From: Macrostomum lignano
Lineage: Eukaryota
Length of the DNA: 24,583 bases
Assembly: GCA_002269645.1 (NCBI GenBank)
Contig: NIVC01001247.1
Coordinates: 1-24,583, forward strand
Direction of reading: 5' to 3'
Of the stretch, positions 23,202 to 24,583 are shown piece after piece (positions within the stretch are counted from its first letter, which is position 1; each line of letters opens with the position of its first letter). Made by a program: the position numbers and the translations under genes. A model generated the notes under the pieces. That model ran no database searches. It had not been told where the DNA came from and saw nothing but the letters and a program-made list of their open reading frames with translations.

Positions 23202-23352
23202 GAGAGAGATAAGAATAGCAAGACTGAACTGGGCAGAAAGGGTGCTGAATAAGGAATGAGGGGTGGAGTGCGCGACTAAGGAAAGAAACGAGATTCAAGA
23301 GCCAATCAGAAGGCTGCGAGAGAGAGAGATAAGAATAGCAAGACTGAACTGG
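23202..23352. repeat. 31-bp direct repeat pair spaced 120 bp apart
   Basis: GAGAGAGATAAGAATAGCAAGACTGAACTGG at 23202-23232 and 23322-23352. Confidence 0.9.
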
Positions 23353-24132
23353 ACAGAGAAGGAGAGAAGTCAGAGCAAAGAGAGACAAGTGCAAATGAAC
23401 TGAAGAAATGACTAAGAAAGTCGCGATATAAACATTGAAATTCTGTCTTCTGCAACCTAAATTTATGATTTCTTGACTCTTAAGATTGATCATAAAATTG
23501 ATACTGATAAAACTGCTCATTGCAATTCAGTCCTGGAGAAACTTTAGCTTAGCATACGATTGTGATTACACGCTTATTGTCACGCTTAGGTAGACAAATG
23601 CCATCCCAGCATTGCCGTTTGATCAAAACCGTTAAAATAATCAGTTTGAAACCCGCGTTCACAAAGAAGTTCCTTTTTTCAAAGAACACACGCGGATATC
23701 GGTGCTGCTCTCCGTTAATCAGCACAATGTATGTGTGAAAATTCAGGTAGGGCTTGGATAGCTAGGGAAAGATACTAAATACCCTAGATGATTTATTCAA
23801 CTATGTTTAGCAAAACTACTCTTTGTTCCATACAGAGTAGTATAGCGTAAAAAGCAACATTTATTTTATTCAACTAAATGATGCATCAAACTTGGAGGCA
23901 AGGATCCCATCATTTAGTTGCAAATCCCACGCATTACCCTCACTTTTAAATTTTTTTTAATTTCAAGACAAAAAATAAAGCAAGTATACGCTTATGCCAC
24001 TGAAAAAGATAGTAGTAGCAAGGTAAATTGACACAAAGATAGTGCTGATTGGACCATTTAGGGTATTTTGTATCTGTAAAGCGTTCTTCGTTTTTAGGTT
24101 CTCGGACTTTCAGACCGTACTTATCGACTACC

Positions 24133-24486
24133 CTCTCCTCTCTTCTCTCCTCTCTCCTCTCTCCTCTCTCCTCTCTCCTCTCTCCTCTCTCCTCTCTCCT
24201 CTCTCCTCTCTCCTCTCTCCTCTCTCCTCTCTCCTCTCTCCTCTCTCCTCTCTCCTCTCTCCTCTCTCTTCTCTCCTCTCTCCTCTCTCTCCTCTCCTCT
24301 CTCTTCTCTCCTCTCTCCTCTCTCCTCTCTCCTCTCTCTTCTCTCTCTCTCTTCTCTCCTCTCTCCTCTCTCTCCTCTCCTCTCTCCCTTCTCCTCTCTC
24401 CCCTCACCTCTTTCTTCTCTCCTCTCTCCGCATTCCTCTCTTCCTCTCCTGTCTCTCTTCTCCTCTCTCCCCTCTCCTCTCTTCCC
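24133..24486. repeat. CT-rich simple repeat dominated by the 7-mer (CTCTCCT)n
   Basis: Directly visible. It generates the artefactual LSPLSSL and ERREERG ORFs. Confidence 0.95.
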
Positions 24487-24583
24487 TAGGTAGACAGTTA
24501 GAAAGATAGATAGATAGATTCTGCATTATCTTGCTACGAGTACTACGAGCTACTGTAACACGCTTAGTACGTGCGCAATGCAC

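Noticed and set aside
23946-24509. ERREERG and LSPLSSL repeat ORFs (also 22396-22716, 13258-13464, 17143-17589, 19317-19499)
   Set aside because: They are explained by simple or tandem repeats and have no coding signature beyond the repeat.

Overview
Eukaryotic (invertebrate-type) genomic DNA with short GT-AG introns, many micro/minisatellites and decayed transposons. The style suggests a lophotrochozoan such as a Macrostomum-like flatworm; this is inference only. The window holds a cluster of five small genes. Four of them join a 4-Cys PAN/Apple-like module to a carbohydrate-recognition-type domain, and three of those four have a signal peptide. They are: signal-PAN-Thr linker-LamG/ConA-like jellyroll (4671-5777, intronless); its LamG paralog, cut by the window start so no PAN is visible (2-439); a frameshifted WSC-PAN copy with no identifiable 5' exon (12099-12624, +); an intact signal-WSC-PAN gene (16817-16057, -); and signal-PAN-F-type lectin (20423-21539, +). 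Between them lie a decayed BEL/Pao LTR-retrotransposon pol fragment, a probable RTE-like non-LTR fragment, long (TTAG)n and (TAG)n microsatellites, and 21-, 25/26-, 28- and 32-bp tandem repeats, one with higher-order structure. No RNA genes or CRISPR arrays were found. Domain calls come from motif recognition by eye, not database searches.
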